DNA of 64,000 nt from Phaeosaccion multiseriatum (GCA_965112735.1 OZ218952.1:4340001-4404000), one strand, 5' to 3'. Shown: positions 23,554 through 38,020, counted from the first letter of the stretch. The notes: generated by a model not told the origin, from the letters alone. Translations and numbers: made by a program.

Positions 23554-26500
23554 ATGGCGCTTCAGAAGGCGAAGCGCAGCAGTGCTTCGTATGAAGGTGG
23601 TCGGGCCCCGAAGGATGAGGCGGAGGAGGACATGCCAGAGCTGCCAGACCGAGGAGGCATGAGCCTGATGGTGGACTGTGTGAGCCTCGCCTTCAAGCAA
23701 GGTGTGGTGACCAAGGGCCGCAAAGTGTCAACGAAGTGTACAGTGATCGGCCCAGCGGATGGCAGTATCTTCCCGGACCTGCAGACGGACGAAGGGAATG
23801 TGAAGGTTGCTGTTCTTGAGACGGTAACAGTGGAAGGAGAGGAAGGAGAAGGCGCTGTTGACTCCAGTCAGGGGAAGGGGGAGGAGACGGAAGAAAGAGA
23901 AGAAGCGGCGGCAGCACCAGGAGGGGAGGATGGAGGAAAGCTGATGATTGCCAACCTGAATTGGAAGGCGGAGAGCGTGAGGTTCGACTTGAGTGGCGAC
24001 AACCTCACCGCGTTGGCTGCGTCAACCCTGCTCGTGCACGTGACGGTGCTGCAGGCTGAGGGGGGAGTGGCGGGAGGTCAGAAGATGTCTGGAGCTGTGA
24101 AAATTCCTCTGGCCAACCTCTTGACGGGAGTGGCGCTGTGGAAAGGCCATTGCCCTCTCGGCGACTACGTCGACCCCCCTGAGGGCTCCACTGACGCTGA
24201 CGACCTTGGGCTCCTTGTCAAGGGGGGGTCTACATCCACGCTAGACGTGAGGCTGGTGTGTGATGAGGCCATGTCGGATTACACTCTGGGAGGCGTCGTC
24301 TTGTCGACGCCGACATTGGAGTTGTCGTCTCTGCCCCCGGCTTGGACGCTGACGCCAAGCGCCGAAACAGACCCGTCGGATTATCACGCGGCTATTCAGG
24401 CAATGATGGAGCTCCCGGAGAACAAAAAGACATACTCAGCGTCGTTAGAAGGCGAGGGGCTGCCTCTCACCCGTATGTGCCTCACGAATGGCCAGCTGAC
24501 GTACACCCCTGTGGTGGATGCCCCCCCTGCTGTTGACGGCAATGGGGAACAAGAAAGCTCTCCTCAAGAGGAGGAGCAGGCGAAAGTGCCGGAGGGTATG
24601 TGGGCACTTCGCTTCTGCACCCGACCGGAAGAAGCCGCCGACGCCGACGACTCGTTCACGATGGGCACAATTGCGGCTTGTACAGCCTTCTTTGTCCATC
24701 GCCGAGACATTGAGGGCCTCCGAGAGCAGCTCAAGCGCGGGCAAGCAGGCATCAACGTCGTGGTGGAGCGAAATACCCCCCCGCCTTCCCCTGAAGAGAT
24801 ACTGGCGGCCAAGAAGAGCGCCAAGTCCAAGAAGAAGGGCTCCATCTCCGCGGGAGCAGGCGAGGGAAGGGCGGAGCCGGCCTGGACACTCGTGGCTCAC
24901 GTCGGCTTGCAGGCCCTCGTTGGAGAGCCCGGCATGAAAAGCGCGCACCTCCCCGAGAAGCTCGTCTACCGCCCCGCCCCCTCGGCCACGGTGGAAGCGG
25001 TGCCCTTGTCCGATGCCGAAGCGGCGGCGGCGGCAGCAGCGGCAGCAGCGGCAGCGGTAGAGAAGGCCCTCGAAATTGAGACTGCAGAAATTGCGCAGGA
25101 GCGAGTCGCCGAGGTGAGCGCGAGTCAGACCACGGTGATGCTTGCGGTGGAGCTGAGTCGGCCCCTGATTCGGGCGCCTGCGGTGATTACCCCCGGGGTG
25201 ACGGTGCAAGACATTGCCCCGGCCAGGGACGTGCACCCGCACACCCCACCACGAGACATTGAGCAGGAGCTTCGGCAAGAAATAGATGACTTTGTGCAGG
25301 CTGTGCTGAGGGAGTATTGCAGGCTCTATCCACCCCAGCGTGGTGCGACCCCGGCGGGGAAGCGGGTCAGTAGCGCCGATGGCGTTGTTGCTGCCCCCGC
25401 AGATGGGGGAAACAACCTGGGGGGCACCGGGGGCGTTGGAGGAGGAGTTGGGGGGGAAGGAGGTGCGGATGGCAGCCTAGCGGTGGGGAAGGGAGGCGGA
25501 GGGGGGGCTTCCGCAGACGCAGACGAGCGTCAGAAGCAGCTGCTGTACATACTCAACACGGGGGGCGTGTACCACCACTTCAAGGAGCGACTGCGGCCCC
25601 GAGTACAGCGGGTGGTGAGGAAGAGATTCGGCACAGCACCACAGAGCAAGCAGCAGGCGGACGAGTTTACCAGTCAGGTGAGGGAGGAGGGGTAGGGGGA
25701 AGGGAGGGAGTGCGGATGGGAATGGGCGGGGTGAGTGAATGAGTGAATGAGTGAATGAGTGAATGAGTGAGTGAGTGAGTGAGTGAGTGAATGATTGATT
25801 GAGTGAGTGGGTGAGTGAGTGAGTGAGTGAGTGAGTGAGTGAGTGAGTGAGTGAGAGAGTGAGTGAGTGAGTGAGTAAGTGAGTGAGTGAGTGAATAACT
25901 GATGAGTGACTAGGCCATATCTGATGGGAGCTCTCAAAGAGAGGAAAGGCACGAAAGGCGCTTGCTTCTCAGGCTGGGCAGAGAGAGAGAGAGGACTCTA
26001 CCGGTAGTGCTTGTTGAATGCCCCGCCGCGTTTGCCTCATGCACCTACCTGGTGGCCTCTCATTGCTCTACTCCTCGCCTCATGCGTGCCCTCCCCTGCT
26101 CTCGCCCACCTCGCTCTGCCCCCCTGTCCCTTCTCGGCCCTTGAAGCTCTACGCCTACCTAGTGCAGCAGGCCAACGCCGTGGTTAACGCTCGCGTGTCT
26201 CGTGCAGAGGGTAACGCTATACCCAAGTACGTCTACGGTGCGACTGAGAGCAACAGCAGCAGCACGAGTCAGCCCGCCAAGGACCCACAGAAGCAAGCCA
26301 AGGAGGTGCAGAAACTCGGCATGCTCGCCCGAGACGCAGAGGCGAACGGGGACATGAAGCTCGCTGCTAAGACTCACGAGGACCGCATCGAAGCGGCCAC
26401 TGCTGCGGCCGAGTCATTTACGGCCGGAAAGCAGTTGCTGGAGGTGTCGTGGGCGGACTTTGGCATGTTTGCCACCAAGGTACAGGACCTGGAACAAGCC

Positions 26501-28411
26501 CTAGTGTGCTTTAGAGAGGCGCTCTCGCTCAGCAGCCTCGTGGCCGGAGGTGGATCCGACGGCGGTGGCGACGAAACGGCAGCAGGTGGAGGAGGAGGGG
26601 CGGGGGTGGAAAAGAATAATAATAAGAAGAAGGAGGAGGAGACGGAGAAGGACAAAGAGGAGGAGAAGGAGCGACGTCTCTCCCACCTCCAGCGCATGGC
26701 GAGTCTTCAAATGGAGAGGGGGCAGCACGAGCAGGCGGCGGCGCTGCTGCGAGAGGCGACGGGCTCAGGGCTCTCGAGGCTTGGCGACGGCGATGACGGA
26801 TACACAACCGACACAGAGGCGGGAGGGGATTGCCCCACACTCCTCCACGCGCTGGCGTGCGTGCTGGGGGATATGCGGGGTCAGGGCAGCGCTGCCAGGC
26901 ATGCTCTGCGCGTGGCTGTGTGCAAGAGGCGGAGGGAGACGGCCCGAGCAGCTGCTGCTGCCAAGGCCGCGGCGGAAGAGATGGTTGCTGAGAAGGAGAG
27001 GAGAGAGGCGCAGTCGAGGCAGCAGAGGCAGAAGGGCGGCTCACGGCAGCAGCAGCAGCGGCAGCAGCAGCAGCAGCAGAGGGAGGAGGAGGGGGGAGAG
27101 GACAAGCTGAGGGACATGCTGCTGGGTGGAGGAGAGGGAGGAGAAGCAGGAGCGGAAGAAGGAGACTCCGGCCTGCCCCGCCGCACCGCCGTGTCTGTGC
27201 TGCTGGAGCTCGCGGCGGATCTCCTCGACATACGCCTACTCCGATGCGCGGCCCGAGCACTGAAACTGGCGGAAGCCTCCGAGGCCTCCGCGGTGGCTAA
27301 GGCACAGGAGCGCGACTTGCCCACGCACGCACCCACAGCAGTGCGCGAAGGGCTGCGTAGGATCAAGGCGCGGCTGTGCCTGGCGTCTGGAGATGGCAAG
27401 GCGGCGGAAACCCTCGCGGTGGAGGCCACGGAGCTCTTGCCTCGCAAGGCCGAGGCGTGGAGGGTACTGGGGGAGGCGTTGGACCTGCAAAAGAGGCCCG
27501 TCGAGGCAGCAGCGGCATTCGCCATGGCTCTAACCTGCGCAGAGGAGCAATATCGACGGGCAGGGGGCGGTGGCGGTAGCAGAGGCGGGGTGGCAGAAGC
27601 AGCGGTTGGTGAGACAGTCACCGCAGGAGCAGCAGCAGCAGCCCAGCGGCCGCCTCTGGATCTCTTTGTGCGCCTGGGCTTGCTCTACCGCGCATTGGGA
27701 CAGCTGGAGGAGAGCAAAGCCGTGTTCCTCAAGGCTTGTCGGCTGTGGGAGGTGCCCAGCGTGTGGATGGGCACTGGTGTGGCCTGCCTGCGGCTCGACT
27801 TGTTCGACGAGGCCGAGCTCGCCCTGCAGGAAGCCAACCGCCTGCACTGTCGAGATGCCCTCGCCTGGGGTCACTTGGCACTACTACTCATGATGAAGAA
27901 GAAGGAGCAGCCCCCCTCCGCCTCCGGTGGCGGCTTGCCAGCTCCAGCCGCAGCAGCAGCAGCTGGAGCAGGAGGAGGAGGAGGAGGAGGAGGGGAGAGG
28001 GCACAGGAAGCGGAGAGAGTGCTTGAACACGCACTTCGATTGGGGCTGGAAGACTCTGGCCTCCTGCGCGAGCTCGGGGGCGAGTTTATGCGTGTAGACC
28101 GCCTCGAGGTGGCAGAGGCTCTGCTGCGAAGGTCCCTCGCCAAGGAGGGAAACTTCTTGACTCGGCGCCTGCTGGCAGACGTGCTGTCGGCCGGCAACCG
28201 AATGTCGGCCGCTGCAGAGGAGTATCAGTTGGTGGCCGCGTCCGATGCTGCCCCTGTAGCGGAGCGGAGGGAGGCCCTGGCCCAGGCACAAGCGATGCTC
28301 AAGGCGCTGGGCAGGGAGGCAGAGGCGAGGGACCTTCATGTGAGCAGGCCGGTCTTCCATCCCGCACCAGGGGGAGGGGGGACGACGAGTGAGGGGCGGA
28401 TCGCGGCGTGA
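23554..28411 (+). CDS. CFAP70: Cilia- and flagella-associated protein 70 (TTC18)-like TPR protein (exons 23554-25677, 26147-28411)
   Basis: Motif LLYILNTGGVYHHFKERLRPRVQRVVRKRF..EFTSQ|LYAYLVQQAN resembles CFAP70. C-terminal TPRs (SVWMGTGVACLRL..AELALQEANRL..AWGHLALL). Confidence 0.8.
25731..25893 (+). repeat. (GAGT/GAAT)n intronic microsatellite
   Basis: Directly visible inside the CFAP70 intron. Confidence 0.9.
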
Positions 28412-29307
28412 GTGAGTGAGCGTGTGAGCATGTGAGCGCGTGTGTGTGTGCGTGCGTGTGTGCGTGCGTGGAGTCATGATAGGCAGGCGAAGTGACGGCA
28501 TCTTGGAAGCTCGTTGTGGTTAGGCATAGGGCTGCGTACTCGAAGTGAGCATGCCGGGTGGGGGGTGGCGTGTGGGGGGCGAAGGGGTCCCGTGCACTTA
28601 CAAATACCTTTATAATACATTATATATGAAGTCACATGAAACCGTCATCTTCCTTCCTCTCGACTCTCTATTGCCAAGACTCCAAGCTGACCAGAGACAG
28701 GTGTGAATCGCTCACACCTCGCTCCGTAAGGAAGGAAGTCAACCAACTCCCTGATGATGACCCTTGGGCGACAAGATGCGTCGTTCCGGAGACCCCCCCC
28801 CCCCCTTTTCTCTCAGGAGGAGGTGGTGTCTGAAGCATGCAGCCTCTGCCAGAGAGGGGCGCGTTCGCCTGCCAAGAGCTGAAGAACCGCCTACTACCGC
28901 GTACATCACTCGCCCTCCTATAGAGCTGGCCTCACATGTACGCCAGGACTGGAGAGACGTATCGCTTCAGCACCAGCAGAAAGAAAGAGGGGAGGGCCCC
29001 ACGCTCCTACATCACTGCTTACCTTCCTCTTTTCGAAGCACCTGTTCAGAAGGAAGCGCACACTAAGCATCTAAGCGTCTTTCCAGCCGACCAAGAAGGT
29101 CCAAGCTTGCACACGCCACGTCTCTAGCCTACAGGCGTCTCATTGCCGAGTCAAAGGGCCTGAATGTTGGCGTTCCCCTCAGCGATCCGTGTGCCTTCCC
29201 CTACCTCCTCCTTTGCCGTGCCACGGCGGCCCTAGCGCGGTCAGATCAGACGAGCTCGCCACGCTGCCCATGTGCGGTGCCAAAGAGTGCTGCCGCTGCC
29301 TGCTCCC

Positions 29308-32300
29308 TCATGCGTCAGAGGGCTCCTCGCTCTTGCCCGCCGCCCCCTCCTCCTTTGGCTGTATCACCAACTTCTGCTGCCCCTCCTCCTGTGGCTGCAT
29401 CACCAGCTTCGGCTGCTTCACCTGCCCTTCCTCGTCCAAGCCGCGGGCCTTAACCGCACTCTTTTCAAGGAGATACTCTGTCGTGTCTTCGATATTGTCT
29501 CCTTCGGCCATAACAAAGTTGCCCACTGCGTTGTGTAGGCTCTGCGGGTTCAAGTCAAGTCAGAGAGAGGACAGTAGCAACAGCAGCAGTAGCAACAGCA
29601 GCGGCAGCAGCAGCAGTAGCAACAGCAGCAGCAGCAGCAGCAGCAGTAGCAGCAGTAGCAGCAGAAGCAAGAAACAGCAGAGGGGAAGCAACAGTGTCAT
29701 GGGAACATGCGCAAGGGGAGTCACTCGCCTCAATCAACTCACTTCCTTGAGAAGGCACCAGTCAGTGTTATGAGATGGCGGAGTCACACATGGGCCCACT
29801 CCCTGCCTGCCTGCCTGCCTGCCCGCCTCACTGTCTGACGCACGCACGCACATACTCACCGGATTGCAAAAGTAGTGCATGGAGTGGATGACGGCGGGAT
29901 CAAAGCCTCTCTTGAACTTGAAGTCTCCACCTGCAGGGGACAGAGAAGAGGGGCAGCGGAGAGAGAGCGCAGCAGCGACATGAGAGGGCAGGGAAGACAC
30001 ACACACGCATACACACACACAGAGAGAGAGAGAAAACACACAGAGAGGGAGGCAGACAGAGAGAGAGACAAACACACAGAGGGAGAGAGGAAAGGACAGG
30101 CGCGAAGTAAGTGGGGAGGGGGAGAGACTGTGTCCACCCATCGCCTTCCTTACCCTCCGCTCTCTCCCCCAATAACTCCACATCTCACCCCCCCTCCCCC
30201 CTCCCTTTCCCCTCCACCTTCCCTCCCATCCCTTCTACCCCCTCGCCTCACCTCCTGCTCCGGGCTCCATGACCTGCAGCCCCTCTTCAATGCAATACTC
30301 AATGGCCTTATAATAGCACGCCTCAAAGTGAAGGTTCTTGATCGTCTCAAATGCCCCCCAATACCGACCATAGAACCTTCCCGCCTTGACTAGGTTGGTT
30401 GTTCCAGCCGCAATCTCTCCGTCCTTATTGTACGCCACAATGAAGCAGAGGTTCTGCTTGACACTGCTGTTTCGCCACATGTCGTACAGCTCCTGAGTCA
30501 GGTACTGCCGCCCCCACATAAGCTTGTCGATGGTGGTCTGCAGGAGAGATGCAACAGCAGCAGTTGGTGATACAGCAGCACCAGAGCCCCACACGGGGTA
30601 GAGGGGGGGGGGGGGGGGTTAGAGTGGGTAGACTAAGTCTTCTTTTCGTCCATATCCGGACGGATAATGTTGTGGCCGATTTTCGTTTCGAAAAAACATG
30701 TCAAGTGGTGAAGGAACAAGAGACAGACGTTGTGGCACCTTCCCACTACCAACACGCGACGCACGAACGCACACACCCACACCCACACCCAAACATATAC
30801 ACACTGCACTCATTCTCTGATACACACACACATACCCCCCCCCTCCACACACATACATACCTATACACACACACACAGACAGACACACGTCACCCTCTGC
30901 CTCACCTTGTACAGCAGGAACATCTGCTCGAAGAGATCGTCGGGGATGGCGTCCCCGCGATACACCTTCACCGTCACCCCGCTGTCCTCGTACACCGAGC
31001 GGCGTTCCCTGTTGATCTTCTTCCGCCGCTTGCTTGAGAAGTTGGCCATGTAGTCTGTCCAGTCTCGGTACGGTATCACGGGGGCAGTGGGTCCCTTCCC
31101 CTTCACTACGGCCGCCGCCTTCGATGCTGCTGCTGCTGCTGCTGCTGCTACTCCCTCTGACCCTCCTCCTACTCCTCTCCCGCCCACCGCTGCCTCTCCC
31201 TCGACGTGTGCTGCGTCTGCGTCTCTTGCTGCTGCTTCTTCTACTACCGCTGCTGCTGCTGCAGCTGGTGCTTCTTCCTCGGCCTCAGCCAACGCCAGCG
31301 CCGCCTCCTTGTTCTCGTTCCTCCAATGGAACTGCATTCCCTTGCGATGCAGGTAGCCGAGCCGTTGGAAGGCCTTCACCTCTGCCTCCGAGCAGAAGTT
31401 CACATGCACCGAACTGGCGGGGACCTGCATGGCAAGCTGCACAAGGCTCTGCGCCACTGTTTGCCGCACCGAGTCTTTGGTGGCCTCGTCAAGATCGTGG
31501 CTCACCAGCACCCGCGCTCCCGAGGCAGGGGTGAAGGGCACGGCCACAAGCAGCTTGGGGTAGTACTCGATGCCCGCGGCGTAGGCTGCCTCGGCCTATG
31601 GGATATGGAGTCACATGCATGGCACGTGTCGTAAGTGTTTGTTGTGCGTCATGTGGGTGTCAGGACTAAAGGTTTACAATAGGCGGTCACGATTTTTGAG
31701 TGGGCCATACCAGCAAAAGAAGAGAGAGAGTAAAGGCGCTTTGGGATGTACACACGCTACTTCCCCACTCCCCCCCCGCCACCTGGTGCCCTCCCCCACC
31801 ACACTACCCACACACTTGCCCCTGTCGTACCCACTGATTGTCAAATATGAATTCCCCCATGGAGTGCCCCTTGAGGTAGAGGGGACACGCCCCCAATATC
31901 TTGCCAGTCTCGTCGTCCCCTTCACGCACGAGCATATGGAGCGGTTGCCAGCCCTTGTCCTGTGGGGTTGCAAGCACACAGGCCACGAACGTCATGTGGG
32001 TAGGTAGGGCAGGGGAAGTGGGGCCGCAAGCAAGGCCTATGGGATTAAGCATGCTGATCCCCTCCTCCCTTAGTTCCTCTCTCTCTCCCCCAGTTTCTGG
32101 GCTCAGGAGCCTGATCGATCGAGACCATCGACATCGAAAGAGTGACGCGATTCCTTGCCCCGTGGCATCTCTCCCTCTCTTCCTTCTCACCTCCCGAGCG
32201 CATCCCGACTTTTCTATCGCATTGAGGTAGTCCCACTCCAGGAAGGGGGAGTCGTCCGGCCTCAGTAAAGCGTCCCAGTCCGCCTTGGCTATGCTGGCGA

Positions 32301-32939
32301 CGGGACCCTTGACGTGGACAGACACAGTCTGCTGCTTCCCACTCTTCTTCTTCCCAGACCCGGTGCTACCTCCCCCGCTCCCACCCTCTGCTCCGTCCGC
32401 TGCTGCTGCCTCTTTCCCAGCTGCTGAAACCACCGTTTCCTCCCCCTCCTCTTCACTCCCCTTCGCCTCCCTGCTATCAGTGCTTTCACTACTCCCATCT
32501 CTCTCTCCACTGCCTGTGGTGGTGCTTTAGACACAGAGGAGAGAAGGGGGGGCAGAATGATGAGGACCGGGGTGAAGAGGGGGTCAATTGCTGAACAGAG
32601 GCCACGGTGAGATGGCAGGAAGGGACCAGCTGAAAGCCTCAATGGGCGAGTCCATTCCAACAAAGCCTTTCGTCTCCCTCGGGCACCCGTCTCTCACCTC
32701 CTGCACCTCACGCTATCTCCGACCCGCGCAGGAGGGGCTGATGAGCATCCCCTACATCGTTCTATCGCACGAGGAGAGGAGTGAGTAGAGGGTGAGGCCG
32801 AAGAGTGAACAGGGGGTGAGGCCGAAGAGCGGCGAGATGGCGAGAAAAGTACTTGCCCCCCCCAAGCGCTGAATGCATTCGACGGCGATAGCAGCATCGC
32901 CACCACTACAAGGAGTGGTACGAGTGTGCTACTACACAT
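29308..32939 (-). CDS. DUF482 / FemAB-like GNAT-fold protein, probably plastid-targeted, multi-exon
   Basis: Motifs SPFLEWDYLNAIEKSG, GWQPLH, CPLYLKGHSMGEFIFDNQW, YYPKLLVAVPFTPASGAR, SSVHVNF, FYGRYWG..LHFEACYY, MEPGAGG, FKRGF. Leader MCSSTLVPLLVVVAMLLSPSNAF. Confidence 0.9.
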
Positions 32940-33064
32940 CTCTTAAGCACGCTAACGAGAAAGATCTATTTCCGGCGATCCGAGTTTACTCCCGCCCAAA
33001 GGCCCATGTTTCCGCACTGGCATAAACACACTTTCTCTCTTGCTTTTTACAAACACCGCACAGC

Positions 33065-34181
33065 ATGGTGCAGCAGCCATTGAATGGGACGGCGGGGCCT
33101 GGCAAGGCTGTGAAGCCAACTGGTGAGGTAGAAAGGAAGCAGGAGGGTGGGCAGCAGGAGGCTACTAAGGCCTCTGCGACCGGCACAGGAGGAGGTCAAG
33201 CCGACGGAGAGAAGGGGAGCAAGGAGAGCACCAGTGTGTGGATCCTCCTTATTGATGGTCGCTCTCGGGAACCCTACTTCTTCGATTCCGTCACGGGAGC
33301 CACCACCTGGGAGCGGCCTGCCTCTCTTTCCGCGGATGCGGTTGCAGCTGCCGTCGCATCCGTTTATGCCGGTGGAGGTGGGGTGCCCCCCCAACCCAGT
33401 CCTGCTGCGGGCCCCTATGGCGGCCAGCCCCGCCCAGGCCCTCCCTTCCACCAACAAGGGCCGCGACCGGGGTTTCCTCCACACCATCATCAGGGGCAGA
33501 ATACTTGGCAGCAGCAGCAGCAGCAGCAGCAGCACCACCACCACCACCACCACTTTCGTCCTCCCCATCAGCAGCAGCAGGGCCAGTTCCCGAGGGGGGT
33601 GCCTCCATCCGCTGCTACTGGCACCGCGCCTGTCCCTGCCGCGGTGGGCAAGCTCGACTCCGTGCTCTCCAAAGTGGACAACAGCGGGGCGGCGGCAGCA
33701 GCGGCGGCAGGCGTGAGTGGAGGCGGGGCCTGGGTGCGGTACTTTGACCCGCAGGGTAAGCCCTACTACAGCCAAGGCAGGGGGCCGACCGCCAAGACAC
33801 AGTGGAACAAGCCGGATGACTTTGTCGAGCCGCTGCAGACGCTGCTGGCGCCCCCCCGGCAGGGCCCTGTCGTGCCCACCTACGCCCAGTCGGCCACCTT
33901 TAACAAGCGGTGAGTCGAATGATCGATGCCCGCTCGATGCCCGCTGTCGCTCACGTTTTGTTTCTTTGCTTGCTTGCTTGCTTGCTTGCTTCTCCTTGGT
34001 CTGTTTGGAGCTCAGAACCGGTCGATTCGACTCCGCAGATGGCTCGAGCCACTGGGACCGAGTGGGCAGGCCCAAGGAGAGAGAGGAGCGCCAAATGGCC
34101 ATGTACTTTGACCCCGCCACCCTCGACAAGAACAGGGAGAAGGCCGAGCAGGAGAAGAACAAGAGGCGGGGCAATGCTTGA
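33065..34181 (+). CDS. Two-WW-domain, Pro/Gln-rich protein; 3' end uncertain (exons 33065-~33909, ~34016 onward)
   Basis: WW1 WILLIDGRSREPYFFDSVTGATTWERP and WW2 WVRYFDPQGKPYYS..KTQWNKP. Spliced motif YAQSATFNKR|TGRF..EERQMAMYFD. Confidence 0.75.
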
Positions 34182-35622
34182 TTGATTGAGTGTGCTGCGT
34201 GAGATGTGCCACTCCTGCTGCTGCTGCTGCTGCTGCTGCTCCTGCTAGTTGGAGGACATGTGTATTGGTCAGGGAGGGGCTTATAGACCAGGTGCACATC
34301 ATCTGATGGACCGGGCCAACGCAACCTCTCGACGGAAAAGGAAGGAGACAGGCTTGAGTGGCATCACCAGCGCTGCCCTGCTCTTCTGCCCGTGCTCGGT
34401 GGTCGGCATCACGTATCCTTTGTGCAAAGACGCGGGAGGGGAGGAACGAGCACCTGAGCTCTTACAAGCTTATTTCAGCTCATGGCCCCCCTGTGTATGC
34501 CGCCTGAGTCGTGCAGGGCCGTCCAGCTTGGTCGAGACTGTGATGCCACAGCAAAGAGGAGCCAGAGGAGGAGCACTCTCCTGAAGGAGGGACCGAGGGC
34601 TGAGAGCCAGAGAGCAAAGAGCCTCGCCGCAAGCACTTCAGGGCCTAGGAGTTCAGGTGCGGTAACGCTGCTGCGACTTGGCAATGGCGATACATGGATC
34701 TGCACGCCCTTGCAGATCTTGCACAGAGAGAGGAACCAGACTGACGTCGGACGCGCCCCTCGGGGCAGGAAGGCTTCGCCCCTGGTGGGCCTGCTCTCAC
34801 CTTCTGTCGGCCCCAGACTGGACTATTGGCTTAGCGCGTAGGCCCTAGGCCGGTCATGTTTATCTCTCTAGACTGGCGCCTGTTCGATCGGGCTCTGGGC
34901 CGGGTACGCGTCCGCCCCCCCCGCCTCGGGTCACATGACACTGGGGCGTTAGGCTCATAGGTGGTGCAGGGATCATCGGAGAGCTAAGATGGCGAGATAA
35001 GAGAGGAGGGAAGGGGGGTATGGAGAAGTGGATAGGGGGGTGGGGGGAGACAGCTAGCATAAGACATCCATCCCCTGTTGTTCGGCCCGCGTCACACGCT
35101 GTTTCGCCCCTGTATCTTAGCTACGGCCTCTAGGCCAGCAGGGTCGGCTTTAGAAAGAAGCTCTACGCCGAGGATGCTGCGCCCCCTCTAGTCAAATCTC
35201 TCGCCTCGCCACTTTTGTAGGCCAATGGGAATGAGAAAGCCCGCAAGGGGGTATGGGCAGGAAGAGAAAGATATCAGTTGAAACCCTTCCCTCTTCTTAT
35301 TTTGTACTGGGTGCCTCACTGGGGCTGAGGGGCACACTGGTGGTCCATAAAACTCCTAACCTCCTTGTCAAACGGGTGCATAGGCTTCCGACCGCTTCGA
35401 CAGTTTCGTTTTTCTTTTCTGTTTTTTGGTGTCATGTTTCAACAGGGCGGATACAGGCACTCTCCTTCGATGGAGGCACCTTTGCTAGTCCCTCATAACA
35501 AAGCATAGGTTTCTCCTTGAGAAGAGCTTGGCATGAGCACTTACTACTACGCACTGAAGCATCACGACAAGCAGTTGCAGTTCCGACAGTCATGAACGTC
35601 TGAAAGGGGGAGGAACTGAGGA

Positions 35623-38020
35623 ATGCATATGGTGAGGTGGTCCGCGATCTTGCTAGTCTTACTTGCGGGTTGCTCCCAGGGAGCGGATGGACAGCAGCAA
35701 CAACAGCATCAGCAGGAGGAAGTGCAGCAACAGGAGTGGCAATACATAGATGGGGAGTGGCTGCCGCTGGATTTGCCGCAGGAAGGGCAGGAGCAGAGGA
35801 GAGAGCTTGGCTTCATCGGGGACAACACGTACCCGTGGGTGGTCAATGGGACTAACATTACTCACCACGACCCCTGGGGCCTGGAGGTTCCCTCGCTCCA
35901 GCCCCACCTCATCAACCTCAGCTGGAACACATCTAACGCGAGGAGTAATGTCACCATCGTGCAGTACAGCAGCAACGACACCGTGTGGACAGTGGGCGTG
36001 AACTCCACGGTCGGCGATTTACGGTTAGATGATCTCAACGTCAGCTCAACCTACTGCATCCGGGTGGCCAGTTTCAACACCTCCATGGGGGACGTGTTGG
36101 AGAACATGATGTTCGAAGAGATGGGGAACTTGACGACATGGTCACCGGCGGAAGACATGTATATTGAAGACACGTACATCGTTGGGAACTGGAGCGACTC
36201 CATCAACAGCACCACTGGTATCTACGGAGGCATGAACGTAACGCTTCATACGTCAGGCAACTTTCTGGGAGAGGATCAGATAGAGGCGTGTGCCACGTAC
36301 ACCGTGGACGTCGCCCTCTGGCCCATCGTTGAGAACCAAACGCAGCAGGGAGGGATGGACGTCGTGCTCATCGTAGATGAGCCAGACTACACATACGGTC
36401 GCTGTGTCTTTGGGCCCACTTTTATTCCCGAGAACTCCACGTGGGGCCAGGAGTTCAACAAGAACTACACCGTCAAGTTCCCAGCGACGTACAACGCCAG
36501 CATCGACACCGAACAAGTGCTAATGTTTCAACAGGCTAGACTGTACTGCTCGCACGAGGCCGAGTTTGGGTACTGGCCCTCCGTCACCGCCGTACACAGC
36601 ACGGGCTCCGCCAACAACTTCACTGGCTTCGAGAGTGGCCACTTTAGGGTGTGGGGCAGAGCCCATGTGGGCGTCCGCCATGGCCAGCCTGAGTACCTCG
36701 ACCTTGGCCTGTGGGACTGCGGCTTCGACTCTGTCGATGGCTTCTACCTCCAGTGGTCATTGTCTAGCAGCGCCCTCTCGTCGGCGGTGAACCGGTTTGG
36801 CCTCGCACAGGGGGAGGAGGAGGACGACGGGGAAGTGGTGCATGTACACGTGGCAGGTAGCGCCTACACGATGGAGGATCTCAATGTCAGCACCGACTAC
36901 TACTTTAGGGCCGCTGGAGAGCACTACAATGAGTGGGACGACTACAACATCGAAGGTGTCAGCTACAATTGGAGCTCCATCGCCTCCAAGACGACAGGTG
37001 AGAAAGTGATGGAGGAAGGGAGGGAGGAAGCGGGGAGAAAGAAGGAAGAGGAAGCGGAGTTGCAGACGATCGGTCTAGGCTCGCTCACCCACTTGCTGCA
37101 GTACCCACTCACCCATGAATTCACTCCCTTATTGGCCTGGCCACATGTGCCCACTCACCCACTCACTCACCCACTCGTTCCGTTTGTTGACGTACTCACT
37201 GTTTGACATGTTGCTTGACACTGCAGGGATTTACGGCAATATGAGCATTTCGCTGGAGAGCACGGGGCTGCGGTTAGGACAGGACCATTTGCCCTCCCTG
37301 CAGGTTCACCCGATTGTCGTCCAGCTGGGGCCAAACTCTACGAAGGAAGGAGGTACGGCAGTACGCACAAACAGAAGAAAAGGGAAGGAGAGGAAGAGAC
37401 TTGTGCGTGTGGGGAGGGTGGGGATAGTGCATGAACGAGCCAGTGCTCCATGTCTCCTATATGTCTCCCTCAACTTTGCTGTCTTTGGTGCGCTCCTTTC
37501 TTTCTTTCTGCGCCCCCCTCCCCTTCCTTTTCCCTGCGAGTACTTTTAACACTTGCACTCACCCTCAACAAACCTCTGCCGATTGATTCGCCCTTTCCCC
37601 CCATTCACACCACACATAGAGCTAGAACAACGATGCGGCTTGAACGTGACTCTGGAACTTGACTTCGATAACGAAGACTACGGCAACTGCGGCCTGTCCC
37701 CCACCGAAAGCATGGACCTCGGGGACTACGAGAAATCGATCATCGTTCAATTCAAGGCCGACAAGGACATGGAGGAGACGGCGTGGCTCTACTGCTGGAC
37801 ACGGACAGACAATCCTGACACACAACCCAACATCACAGTTACAGAGGTGTACGGCACCTCCGTCAACAACTTTACATGTGAGCGATCGATTCGGGTTGGG
37901 GGGGGGAGGGGGGAACAAAGTGTGTGTTCTCTCAGCTTCTTTTGCTTTATTGCCCTTTGGCTTTGAGCCCTCTCGGCCCTCGACAAGGCAATAGTTGACT
38001 CCTTCTAGGAGGTGCATGAT

